Of a stretch of 64,000 nucleotides of DNA, positions 1-8,778 are shown piece by piece. The DNA is from a virus, in IMG/VR virus record IMGVR_UViG_3300012953_000013, positions 96,001 to 160,000 of that record; one strand, 5' to 3'. Below the pieces are notes generated by a model that was given only the letters and a program-made list of their open reading frames with translations, was not told where the DNA came from and made no database searches. The stretch's first letter is position 1, and every line of letters starts with the position of its first letter. The position numbers and the translations under genes are program-made.

Positions 1-3000
1 AGCAGTTACCATAAACCAATAGTAATCTCTTTCTTCCCAGTCATCTATTGATCTAATATTTTTACGCTCTAGCTTTTTCATAAGCTCTTCTGAAAGTAAC
101 GCCTCAACATTTACAGAGCCAAGCAGGTTACTCTCAAACTCCATGAGCTCTTTTTGAGACCATTCAGGGATTGGAACTGCTTCTCCAAGAGCCTCATAGA
201 AATTGGTCATGCCGCGGCGAGGTTCTCTCTTGGTACGCTTACGAAAATCACCATATCCAGAGCTCACTACTTCAAGCATCTGCTTATGGGAATTAAAAGT
301 TTTGTCTTCACCCACAAGCCCAATAGAGCTAAGTCCCCTAATTTTAATCAGGGACTCAAGCGCTCTCTTATTAAACTTCGAATGTTTCCAAGAGCCATCT
401 TCATTCCACAAAAGATTCTCAATAGAAGAATAAGGGCGGTTTAACAAAATTTCATCAACAGCTGCAGAGCCTATACCTTTGCAAGATAAGAATGACGGCA
501 TAAGCTTTTTATCACCAACACTAGTCCAGGTCTTTTCAGCATAGTTAATGTCGATTGGAACAATCTTGAAACCCAGCCCTTTTACTTCACTGACGGCTTT
601 TGCCAACTTTTTGGGATTTCCTGAAGCAGCTTCGAGATAAGCTTTAATCCACTCTTCTTCATAATAAGTCATTAGCCAAGCGCAGTGATAAGAATTTACA
701 GCGTAAGATACTGCGTGAGACTTATTAAATCCATAACCTGCAAAGAAGAGAATCTTTTCATAAAGACTTTTAGCAATAGATTCACTGACACCGTTCGAAA
801 CAGCACCCTTAATGAACTGGTCTCGAAGCTTTTTAGCTTTATCGATATTATCACTTCCAGAGCTAACAGGCTTCATCATTTTTCTCATAGCGTTACATTC
901 GTCTTTTGGAATGCCGGCTACATGATGGCAAAGGCCCATAACTTGCTCTTGGAAAATAATACATCCATAAGTCTCTTTAAGGACATCTTCAATTAAAGGG
1001 TGCCCATACTCAACCATATCTGGGCGCTTCTTATTTTGAATGTATAGTTTATCAACTTTTGCGCCAAGAGGCCCAGGGCGATAAATAGAAGTTAGAGTAG
1101 CGAGGTCAACTATAGACTCAGGCTTGGCTCTTTTAAAGAGTGCTTGAGCACCTCTTTGAGTACATTGAAAAATGCCAGCCCACCGACCTGCGTGATAAAT
1201 ATTTTGATATACTTTTTGGTCATCAAAATTTATAACGTTTGGAGCAATATTATCATTATACCAACCCGAAACCTCTTCAAAGCCTGGATTTTCATTGCCC
1301 TGCTTTTTAAGAATTTGCTCAATAGTTCTTTCAATTATCCTTAGGGTTTCTAGGCCAAGCAAGTCAAACTTAATCCAGCCAAATTCCTCAAGGTGCTTAT
1401 TTGTCATACCTTCAGTCCAAGGAGTTTGTAGTTCGCCTCTGGCCATAATCAAAGGCATTTGCTGAGGGATGTTTTCTGAAATGATAACACCTCCAGCATG
1501 ACGACCTAGAGCTTTATTTTGCTTAAACAAAACTCCAATTGGTTCAATAACCTCCGGATGCTTTTCAAGATAAGTTCTAAGAGAGTCTGAATACTTGATT
1601 GCCTCTTTGATGCTTATGTCAAAACTATCTTCAGCATCATCATCACTCTTGCGGCCACGACGGACATCTCGCTCAAGCGGAGCAAGGGCCTTGTTTACTT
1701 CTGAAAACTCAATACCATAAAACCTAGATACATCTTTAATCAAACTCTTTAACTTAAATGTGTTATAGTTCGAAATTGGAATAATGTTGTCATTTCCAAA
1801 CTTTTCTCGAAGCAATTCAATCAGTGCATCGCGGTCAGCGACATCATTATCAATATCAGGCGCATCAGAACGATCAATGCTCAAAAATCTTTCAAACAAT
1901 AATCCATATTCGATAGGGTCGATATCTGTAATATTCAAAACATAGTTCACTAATGAACCAGCACCAGAACCACGACCAGGGCCAACAAGCATTTTATCTC
2001 TTGCAATATCGATAATTGCTTTCATTGTCAAGAAATATTCAGCAAAATCCTTTTCTTTGATGATTGTAAGCTCCCACTTAAGCCTCTCAATATACTCTGG
2101 GCGAGTGTGCAAGCCCCTATCTTTTAGACCAGACTTGCAAGCTTCTAGTAGTGCTTTATTAGCGGTTGTGTCTTCTGGAATAACATAAGACGGAAGCTTC
2201 ATCTTTCGATCAGGGTGAATATCACCAATCATTTCGTGAGCAACATCGTGAGTGCGCTCAACAGCATCAAACATTAGCTGATCATCATAAAAATCATGGC
2301 CTTGCTTAACTTCTAGGTAGGTATCCCAAACTTGCTGAGCATTTTTTGGGTATAGCTCGCACTTAAGGTCATCTTTTGACTTTGGCAAACTATCTGGATT
2401 GAACTCTTTATAGTTCAGCCACCCAAGCTTCTTATAAAGTTCGCGCTCTTTCCAGTGATCTGGTGAAGCATAGTGAGAATCGCAAGTAACAATCAGCTGA
2501 TTTTGCATTCCATTACGGTTTGCAGCTTCAATGATTGCTCGATTTACCAAATGCTGCGCAGAAAGCTTATTGAATTGAAGTTCAAGCATAACATTTTCTA
2601 GACCGACAGCGTCGACAAGCTGGTCAATAGTATTGCCTACGCCGGATTGGACAGATTCAAAAATAGATTTATCGTTCAAGAGATCAGGGGTAAGTCTGTC
2701 AAATTCATACCCTTGGAGACGGCTGAAGGCTTCATATGCTAGAGGTCCGCCAATACACGCGGTGGAGATCATTAAATGGCCACCCTCAGCAGCTTTTTTA
2801 ATCATCTTATAGTCCACTCTAGGAAATCTATAGAATCCGTCCATATAACCTTGGGATACTAACCCAAAGAGTCTGCGAAGCCCTTCAGAAGTCTTTGGAA
2901 GGACAACTAGGTGGTGACGACGTTTGATAGGATCATAAAACTTTGATGATTTTGTTTCTTCTTCATTTTCAACAGTAAGATTAGCGTCTGCGGTGTCTAA

Positions 3001-3387
3001 ATTTATTGTCTCATCATCTCCATCTACAATCGCGATAAGCTTTGTTCTAAGATGCTCATGAGAATCAATGATTGCTTTAATTGCAGATTTGTCTCCTTTT
3101 TTTGCAGCCTTTTTAATTTCGTACTGCGCGCGCCAGAGCTCTAAGTCTGGATGTACATACATTTCGCATCCAGGAATAAACTTCATATTTGCGCCAGCTT
3201 TAATCAACTTTTGTGCATGCAAGTAAGCATGAGCAAACCCGTTCATGTGGCCATGGTCTGTAAGAGCCCACCCGTCTAGTCCGTTTTCTAAACAAAAGTT
3301 GATATGCTCTTGTGGATAGCCTAGACCATCAAATGTGCTAAAACCAGAATGCGCATGCAAACCAAAAAATCTTGTTGGGTATTTCAT
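1..3387 (-). CDS. dnaE: DNA polymerase III alpha subunit (family C), partial; runs off left edge
   Basis: Not in the ORF track because no stop lies in the window. Manual translation from ATG 3387 gives MKYPTRFFGLHAHSGFSTFDG (PHP), GPGRGSGAGSLV, catalytic PDIDND, GRHAGGV, KFDLLGL, YRPGP, IFQEQ and GFNKSHAVSY; the frame is still open at base 1. Confidence 0.96.
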   Translation of the reverse strand, partial: MKYPTRFFGLHAHSGFSTFDGLGYPQEHINFCLENGLDGWALTDHGHMNGFAHAYLHAQKLIKAGANMKFIPGCEMYVHPDLELWRAQYEIKKAAKKGDKSAIKAIIDSHEHLRTKLIAIVDGDDETINLDTADANLTVENEEETKSSKFYDPIKRRHHLVVLPKTSEGLRRLFGLVSQGYMDGFYRFPRVDYKMIKKAAEGGHLMISTACIGGPLAYEAFSRLQGYEFDRLTPDLLNDKSIFESVQSGVGNTIDQLVDAVGLENVMLELQFNKLSAQHLVNRAIIEAANRNGMQNQLIVTCDSHYASPDHWKERELYKKLGWLNYKEFNPDSLPKSKDDLKCELYPKNAQQVWDTYLEVKQGHDFYDDQLMFDAVERTHDVAHEMIGDIHPDRKMKLPSYVIPEDTTANKALLEACKSGLKDRGLHTRPEYIERLKWELTIIKEKDFAEYFLTMKAIIDIARDKMLVGPGRGSGAGSLVNYVLNITDIDPIEYGLLFERFLSIDRSDAPDIDNDVADRDALIELLREKFGNDNIIPISNYNTFKLKSLIKDVSRFYGIEFSEVNKALAPLERDVRRGRKSDDDAEDSFDISIKEAIKYSDSLRTYLEKHPEVIEPIGVLFKQNKALGRHAGGVIISENIPQQMPLIMARGELQTPWTEGMTNKHLEEFGWIKFDLLGLETLRIIERTIEQILKKQGNENPGFEEVSGWYNDNIAPNVINFDDQKVYQNIYHAGRWAGIFQCTQRGAQALFKRAKPESIVDLATLTSIYRPGPLGAKVDKLYIQNKKRPDMVEYGHPLIEDVLKETYGCIIFQEQVMGLCHHVAGIPKDECNAMRKMMKPVSSGSDNIDKAKKLRDQFIKGAVSNGVSESIAKSLYEKILFFAGYGFNKSHAVSYAVNSYHCAWLMTYYEEEWIKAYLEAASGNPKKLAKAVSEVKGLGFKIVPIDINYAEKTWTSVGDKKLMPSFLSCKGIGSAAVDEILLNRPYSSIENLLWNEDGSWKHSKFNKRALESLIKIRGLSSIGLVGEDKTFNSHKQMLEVVSSGYGDFRKRTKREPRRGMTNFYEALGEAVPIPEWSQKELMEFESNLLGSVNVEALLSEELMKKLERKNIRSIDDWEERDYYWFMVTA

Positions 3388-3414
3388 ATGTCTCTCTTGA
3401 TAATGTATAGTTCT

Positions 3415-3443
3415 ATTATAACACACTGAGACGTATTTTTCAC
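3415..3443 (-). promoter_or_regulatory. sigma70-type early promoter for dnaE
   Basis: Minus strand GTGAAA-N17-TATAAT with a TG extended -10, upstream of ATG 3387. Confidence 0.7.
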
Positions 3444-3539
3444 GATTACTCCCGAATTAATTTGCTTTTTATGGAGATTAATGTATTTCTCAAGCTATGT
3501 TACCTCTTCACCAAATAGATTATATTTAAAGTATAGGGA

Positions 3540-4277
3540 ATGAACATGGGAAAAATAGAAAATTTATTTGCATTTGATTTTGATGATACTCTAGCTGTAA
3601 CCCCGAGCGTTATTGGGGTGCAAAGAGTTAACGAGTACGGAAAATCAGATCCAGAATTTAGAAATTGGATTATTGACAACAATCTAGATATTCTAGACAT
3701 TGATAGAGAAGATACAGAATCTGAAGTTATTTGGTTCTCTTCTGGAGATTTTGCAAAATACGAAAAAGCGCATCATTCAGACTTGGAGTACTTGGATTCT
3801 AATAAACTCAAAGACCTTTATGATTTTACTAAAACAGCGTCTGTAGACGTGCAAGGTTCTTCTCCAATCACTCCAGTCTTAGATATTTTAAAACAGGCTA
3901 GCTCTAGGGCAGACTCCATGGTTGTTATTATAACTGCGAGAAGTGGAAATGAACCAATGTCTGGTCTTGGTGGGAACAATGTTCAACCGACTAACCAAGA
4001 AGACATCCAGGATTTTCTTGATTTACAGGGAATCTCTCTAGACTTTGGAAATATAACGACTGCAGGAGACATTGGGCAAGGCCCTCAAGCAAAAGTTAAA
4101 GCTATGCAGTCTTATATCGACACTTACAACCCAAAAACAATATATTTTTATGATGATAATATGGGAAATGTAAATGCTATAGCTGGAATGTGCGCAGATT
4201 ATTTTCCTGGAATTAATATAAAAACATTTACTGTTGGTGAAGGCGGACAGGTTTCATTTCACGGCGAGTGCAGTTAA
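3540..4277 (+). CDS. HAD-superfamily phosphatase (polynucleotide 3'-phosphatase-like)
   Basis: Motif I FAFDFDDTL, motif II IITARS, motif IV YFYDDN; ATATTTA at 3522-3528 upstream. Confidence 0.75.
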   Translation: MNMGKIENLFAFDFDDTLAVTPSVIGVQRVNEYGKSDPEFRNWIIDNNLDILDIDREDTESEVIWFSSGDFAKYEKAHHSDLEYLDSNKLKDLYDFTKTASVDVQGSSPITPVLDILKQASSRADSMVVIITARSGNEPMSGLGGNNVQPTNQEDIQDFLDLQGISLDFGNITTAGDIGQGPQAKVKAMQSYIDTYNPKTIYFYDDNMGNVNAIAGMCADYFPGINIKTFTVGEGGQVSFHGECS

Positions 4278-4507
4278 ACAAATTCGATTTTTCGCCCAGG
4301 AACATCGTAAAATATATCATTACCAACTAAAATTTCGCACAAAGTTCCCACTTCTTCACAGTATTGAGCTTTAAGCAACAAGCCAATTTCACCAGCATTT
4401 ATTACAGAAGTCGGCCAAAGAGGCATCTGCCTGTGTTCTCCATTTTGCGGAATCTCCAATATAGCTTCACAATTATCTATGAAGTATACTAATTTACCAG
4501 AATTCAA
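4274..4507 (-). CDS. hypothetical protein
   Basis: 77 aa ORF overlapping the stop of the J-domain gene (ATGA-type coupling). Confidence 0.6.
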   Translation of the reverse strand: MNSGKLVYFIDNCEAILEIPQNGEHRQMPLWPTSVINAGEIGLLLKAQYCEEVGTLCEILVGNDIFYDVPGRKIEFV

Positions 4508-5301
4508 TTTACCCTGCCTTTGCCAGAAAAAGAAAGGTTGCGGTTTTTCTTTTGTGGCTTTTTATCTTTTTTAATATAAGATAATTTCCAATCGTCAATT
4601 GTATCGTTTTTCCAAGCTTTTAAATAACTTTCTAAAACTGGAATAGGAACAGGCTTTTCTCCAAGAGACTTTAAAAGAAATTCCATAAATAAATGCTGCT
4701 CAATTATGTCATCATTTAAATTTCCCCAGGTCCAAGGAACAAGCTCTTTTTTCTGGCCTATTTTATTTTTTATTTTTTTGATTCCGCTGTCTAAAAGAGA
4801 AAGATACCCAGCATCTTCAATCTCGAATTCAATTCCAAGCTTTTCGGCTTGAACTACAAGGTCTTCTAAAGAACCGCTCTCAAGTAATTGTTTAGATTTT
4901 TTAAAAAACTTCTCTCTTTCAGCAACTTCTTCTTCACTTAAACCTAAAGATTGAACTTTGTCTGGATGAGTTTGCAAAGCAATTTGCTTATAGAGTTTTT
5001 TAGCCCATTCTGGAGCAATATTTTCTTTATTTGAAATTTCTAAATTTCCATCTTCATCAAAAGAATATCTTATGTCATCTTTATTAAATTCAAAAGAGTT
5101 ACTTAAATCTTCTTCAGGTGAAATTTCTTCTTCTTGCGAAGAATACTTTGCAAGATCACAAACAATTAGATTAAGCTCATTTTCGTAAATCGAAAACAAG
5201 TCAAGAAAGTCATGCTCGACTTCCTTGAGATATTTTAGCTCTCTTTTTTTGAGCCTTATTTCAGTCTTAAGCTTTTTTTCTTTTCGAAGCGATTTAGACA
5301 T
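4504..5301 (-). CDS. J-domain (DnaJ-like) co-chaperone
   Basis: AKKLYKQIALQTHPDKV: basic helix II followed by the HPD motif, in the middle of the protein. Confidence 0.8.
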   Translation of the reverse strand: MSKSLRKEKKLKTEIRLKKRELKYLKEVEHDFLDLFSIYENELNLIVCDLAKYSSQEEEISPEEDLSNSFEFNKDDIRYSFDEDGNLEISNKENIAPEWAKKLYKQIALQTHPDKVQSLGLSEEEVAEREKFFKKSKQLLESGSLEDLVVQAEKLGIEFEIEDAGYLSLLDSGIKKIKNKIGQKKELVPWTWGNLNDDIIEQHLFMEFLLKSLGEKPVPIPVLESYLKAWKNDTIDDWKLSYIKKDKKPQKKNRNLSFSGKGRVN

Positions 5302-5315
5302 AGTGCCCCGCTTCT

Positions 5316-5322
5316 TAAGTAT
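5316..5322 (-). promoter_or_regulatory. late-type promoter ATACTTA (J-domain gene)
   Basis: Same motif as upstream of structural genes. Confidence 0.5.
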
Positions 5323-5328
5323 AAGTTC

Positions 5329-5598
5329 CTAAGATGAAAATGGGGAATCGCTAAATGATTCTTGATCGCTTTCTTGATTCGAACTAGTGTTTTCAGCATC
5401 GTTCATCATACTGTTTAGATTTGCTTCAAAATTTTCTTGGCAGTCAGCAGTAAGAACTAGTTTATCTTCTGAAATTGTAAGCTCGATAATCCTAAGATTA
5501 TCAACAATATCAGTACCCGTAATAATTGCAACTTGAAGTGCTTTAGCAACATGAGCAATTACACTATCGCTAAGCTTATATGTGTTTTCTTGTGACAT
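5329..5598 (-). CDS. hypothetical protein
   Basis: 89 aa ORF with strong SD (AAAGGAG) and TATAAT at 5617-5622. Confidence 0.7.
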   Translation of the reverse strand: MSQENTYKLSDSVIAHVAKALQVAIITGTDIVDNLRIIELTISEDKLVLTADCQENFEANLNSMMNDAENTSSNQESDQESFSDSPFSS

Positions 5599-5642
5599 AG
5601 AATTCTCCTTTCAGTTATTATATTGATAAATTTCTTCTTGTA

Positions 5643-6806
5643 TTACTCTAAATTTTTTAAAAAATCTCTCCAACTACTCCAGTAATCTTCAGAAAAAATT
5701 GATTTCTCAAGCTCTAAAACTTTTTCTCTTGAGTTTTTACAGTTTGAATCATTTGACAAATAAGAGACTGCATCCCAAATATCTGAAGCGGTAAACACAT
5801 CAAAATAGTGGTTTGAATCTTTTTGTTCTCCCCAGGCACTCTTAAACTTTGTTCCTAAAATATAATTTCTATGTACTATTATAGGAGTTCCAGTAGAGCG
5901 GCATGCTGACGGTACGCCTCCGGCCCAATCATCAGATTTTAAATGAATAACTCCCCTAGACTTAAAATATTGCTTTAAAACTTCTCTCGGGCTGAGTGTT
6001 TTGTAGTTTCCAGTTATTCCATTTTCTCCAGAATATCTTATATCTGCACCCTGCCGTCTAATATTGCCTCCAAAATTTTCTAAAGTGCCTCCGTAAGTTG
6101 ACAGAGCAGAGTTAAGAGCTTCTTGAACTTTGATTGTATTTTCTGGTTGTCTGACTTTGAAATTATGATGAAAACTAGAAAAGGTAAGGTTATCACTCCA
6201 GAGATTTTGATTTTCAACTGGGTCTACGCCTAAGATCTTGATTTCATTAGAGTGTCTATAAAAACCTACGTGATTTTTTATACCAGCTTTTGGAGATAGC
6301 CCTTCGTAGCATGCCGGTAGAAATTCGCAACTATTAGAAAACCAACTCATTCTTTCTCTAAAGTTTCCTGGGTCAAAAGTGCTATTGATTATTTTTGATC
6401 CCTTACAATATTTCTCAATCAAACTTAAAACACCTTGAAGCCTCTCTTTATGAAAGTGCGGCGTAATATGAACAGCGTCAAAAAAATTGTTTTCTTTCTC
6501 TATATCAACTAGTTTTACTGTACAACTTTTTTCAGTAATTGGCTCAACGAAATCTTCTAAAAACAAAAAATTGTCTTCTCCGTATGGCAATTCTCCCAAC
6601 TTATGAAAATCGTGATAATGAAAATTAGTTTGAGATGGATTTTCTGAAGACCAACTTAGTAAAATGGGCCACAAAAGAGTCTTATCCCACTCGATTAAAC
6701 TAGTAGATCCCGGTTTAACATAAAAAACCTCATGGCCTAACTTGTTATAGTGGTATACTAAACTACTTACGGCTCTCCAATTAGTGTCTAATATTAAGAT
6801 TTTCAT
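5643..6806 (-). CDS. putative GT-B fold glycosyltransferase
   Basis: N-terminal MKILILD Rossmann strand; C-terminal VIHLKSDDWAGGVPSACRSTGTPIIV resembles the GT-B donor-binding motif. Confidence 0.5.
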   Translation of the reverse strand: MKILILDTNWRAVSSLVYHYNKLGHEVFYVKPGSTSLIEWDKTLLWPILLSWSSENPSQTNFHYHDFHKLGELPYGEDNFLFLEDFVEPITEKSCTVKLVDIEKENNFFDAVHITPHFHKERLQGVLSLIEKYCKGSKIINSTFDPGNFRERMSWFSNSCEFLPACYEGLSPKAGIKNHVGFYRHSNEIKILGVDPVENQNLWSDNLTFSSFHHNFKVRQPENTIKVQEALNSALSTYGGTLENFGGNIRRQGADIRYSGENGITGNYKTLSPREVLKQYFKSRGVIHLKSDDWAGGVPSACRSTGTPIIVHRNYILGTKFKSAWGEQKDSNHYFDVFTASDIWDAVSYLSNDSNCKNSREKVLELEKSIFSEDYWSSWRDFLKNLE

Positions 6807-6813
6807 TTATTGA

Positions 6814-7629
6814 TTACACTCCAATTGTTTGGTGGTTGGGGCTCCAGTGAGTAGATCTTCCATCAGGAGTAGTCTCTTTTTTCACTTCATTTCCGTCTTC
6901 ATCAATTTTTCTATTATATACTAAAAACCTAGAAGAGTATTGGCCAGCATTTCCATCTAAATCTCTATAAGAAGAAATTGTAGCTCCACCTGATTTATAA
7001 CTTTCTCTCAGTATTATTTTTATTGAGTTGTTGAGACTTTCAAGATTTCTATCTGACAAATCTTTTACATTAGCGTGAGGATTAATTCTTGATAGCCACA
7101 AAGAATCTGCTTTAACATAATTTCCAACTCCACATATAACTGATTGGTCCATCACGGCTTTGCATATGTTATGCTTATTTTTCTTTCTCAGCCTCTCAAT
7201 AAATTTTTCTGCTGAGACATCTTCTGAAAGCATATCTGGGCCGAGAGATTGCAGTTTTTCAATAAGCTGATGTTTTCCTCTAACAAATTTTAGAGTTCCA
7301 AAATTTCTCTGATCTCTATAATATAGATAGTCTCCATTGGAAAAACTAAACCTAACCCTATTGTGAGGGTGCTCTTCAGTAACCCAAGAACCCGTCATCC
7401 CCAAAGTATTCCAAATAGAAAACTCTTTATTTAATATCCAGTAGATGAATTTACCGTGTACTCCAACGCCGGCAACTTTTGCAGGAAGTTCTTCTTTAAA
7501 AGAATCTATACCGCTTGGAAGCTTTTTTGTATATCTTCCAGACAGAATCTCGACATTAGTCATTTTTTTATTCGAAACAAATTTTGCTAAACTCTCAGCA
7601 ATTCTTTTGCACTCTGGTCCTTCTGGCAT
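6814..7629 (-). CDS. Fpg/Nei family DNA glycosylase/AP lyase without a Cys zinc finger
   Basis: N-terminal MPEGPE (catalytic Pro2/Glu3), HGKF, LGMTG, DQRNFG, H2TH GVGNYVKADSL, C-terminal DGRSTHWSP with no CxxC pairs. Confidence 0.92.
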   Translation of the reverse strand: MPEGPECKRIAESLAKFVSNKKMTNVEILSGRYTKKLPSGIDSFKEELPAKVAGVGVHGKFIYWILNKEFSIWNTLGMTGSWVTEEHPHNRVRFSFSNGDYLYYRDQRNFGTLKFVRGKHQLIEKLQSLGPDMLSEDVSAEKFIERLRKKNKHNICKAVMDQSVICGVGNYVKADSLWLSRINPHANVKDLSDRNLESLNNSIKIILRESYKSGGATISSYRDLDGNAGQYSSRFLVYNRKIDEDGNEVKKETTPDGRSTHWSPNHQTIGV

Positions 7630-7652
7630 TTATAAACTCCTGCAATAGTGAT

Positions 7653-7681
7653 ATTTTAATAATATAGGAAGAATTGTTCAT
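7653..7681 (-). promoter_or_regulatory. early-type promoter for fpg/nei
   Basis: ATGAAC-N17-TAAAAT; SD AGGAG before ATG 7629. Confidence 0.55.
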
Positions 7682-8339
7682 GAAAAGAGTAATCATATCA
7701 GACCTTCACATTGGGAGCAAATTTTATAACTCAAAAGAACTACTTGAATTTCTAAACTCTGAGCATTATGATGAGCTTATTTTAGCCGGAGACATAATAG
7801 ATTTCATAAAAATACCGATTTTTACTAAAAGGTGTTTGGATATAGCTAAATCAATAGACTATTCCAAAAAAATAATTTATATCGTTGGAAATCATGATGA
7901 GGGGCTAATAAATTTAGTTGGTCAAAAAATAGGCAACGTTGAATTTATGAAAAGATATGAGTTTGAGTCTTTTGGAAGAAAATTTAGAATAGAGCATGGA
8001 GACGAATATGATAGAGGAGTTTTGCATAACAGGGTTTTTGTAAAATTTCTATCAGTAATCCAAAATATTTTAGAGTTTGCTTTTGATTTTGATTTTACCA
8101 GCTGGTGGACAGAGAAGCAAATCAAAAAACATAAACTAAGAAGTGCTATTCACATAATAAAGCACAATCCAGACGTTGATGTTTTTATTATGGGACATAA
8201 TCATTTTCCAGAAGCAATAATATGGGTCGATGAAGACCAGAATATAAAAACATACATCAATGCTGGAGACTGGGTTACACACCAAACTTATGTCACAATA
8301 GAGGGTGGTGTCGCTAGATTAAGAAAGTTTGATTCTTAA
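7680..8339 (+). CDS. calcineurin-like metallophosphoesterase, LpxH/UDP-2,3-diacylglucosamine hydrolase-like
   Basis: ISDLHIG, AGDIID, VGNHD, EHGDEYD, MGHNH, NAGDW motifs; ATG 7680 preferred over TTG 7674. Confidence 0.8.
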   Translation: MKRVIISDLHIGSKFYNSKELLEFLNSEHYDELILAGDIIDFIKIPIFTKRCLDIAKSIDYSKKIIYIVGNHDEGLINLVGQKIGNVEFMKRYEFESFGRKFRIEHGDEYDRGVLHNRVFVKFLSVIQNILEFAFDFDFTSWWTEKQIKKHKLRSAIHIIKHNPDVDVFIMGHNHFPEAIIWVDEDQNIKTYINAGDWVTHQTYVTIEGGVARLRKFDS

Positions 8340-8764
8340 ATTTCTTGGTAAGTCCCAAAAACCTTATCAATGAAAGGATATGTTCCAGAAAAATTAGACT
8401 TTACTTTTCCAAGGTGGTGGCTCATATGATGATTAGCAGCTTTTGTATCCGCCCCTGTATGAGCTCTTCGATGTCGATAAGCATATAAAGCAAAGAAGCT
8501 TATTAACCCAATTGAAAATGCTGGTGCTAAAATAAAAACGCCAATAGCGAAACTCCAGACAGCTAAATTAGCCCACCACGGAAAAAAGAAAGCGCCCGGA
8601 TCTTCCGGACGTTGATGATGTCTCGTATGAATAGCTTTCCACTGCTTAAGCACTGGGTATTTGCCAAGCGGTCCGTGAAAAATATAGCGATGAAAAAAAT
8701 AAAACATGTAAGCGCCAAATAAATGGCCAAGAACTGCTAGCAATAAACTGAGTGCTAAGTCCAC
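8336..8764 (-). CDS. fatty acid hydroxylase/sterol desaturase superfamily membrane di-iron enzyme
   Basis: His boxes HRYIFH, HTRHH, HRRAH, HHMSHH; terminal NFSGTYPFIDKVFGT; hydrophobic helices. Confidence 0.82.
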   Translation of the reverse strand: MDLALSLLLAVLGHLFGAYMFYFFHRYIFHGPLGKYPVLKQWKAIHTRHHQRPEDPGAFFFPWWANLAVWSFAIGVFILAPAFSIGLISFFALYAYRHRRAHTGADTKAANHHMSHHLGKVKSNFSGTYPFIDKVFGTYQEI

Positions 8765-8778
8765 AATAGTCTCCCGAT

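Noticed and set aside
154-1344. Plus-strand ORFs of 66-103 aa
   Set aside because: They lie antisense to the continuous dnaE frame.
3500-3700. 66 aa minus-strand ORF
   Set aside because: Antisense to the HAD gene, which has clear motifs.
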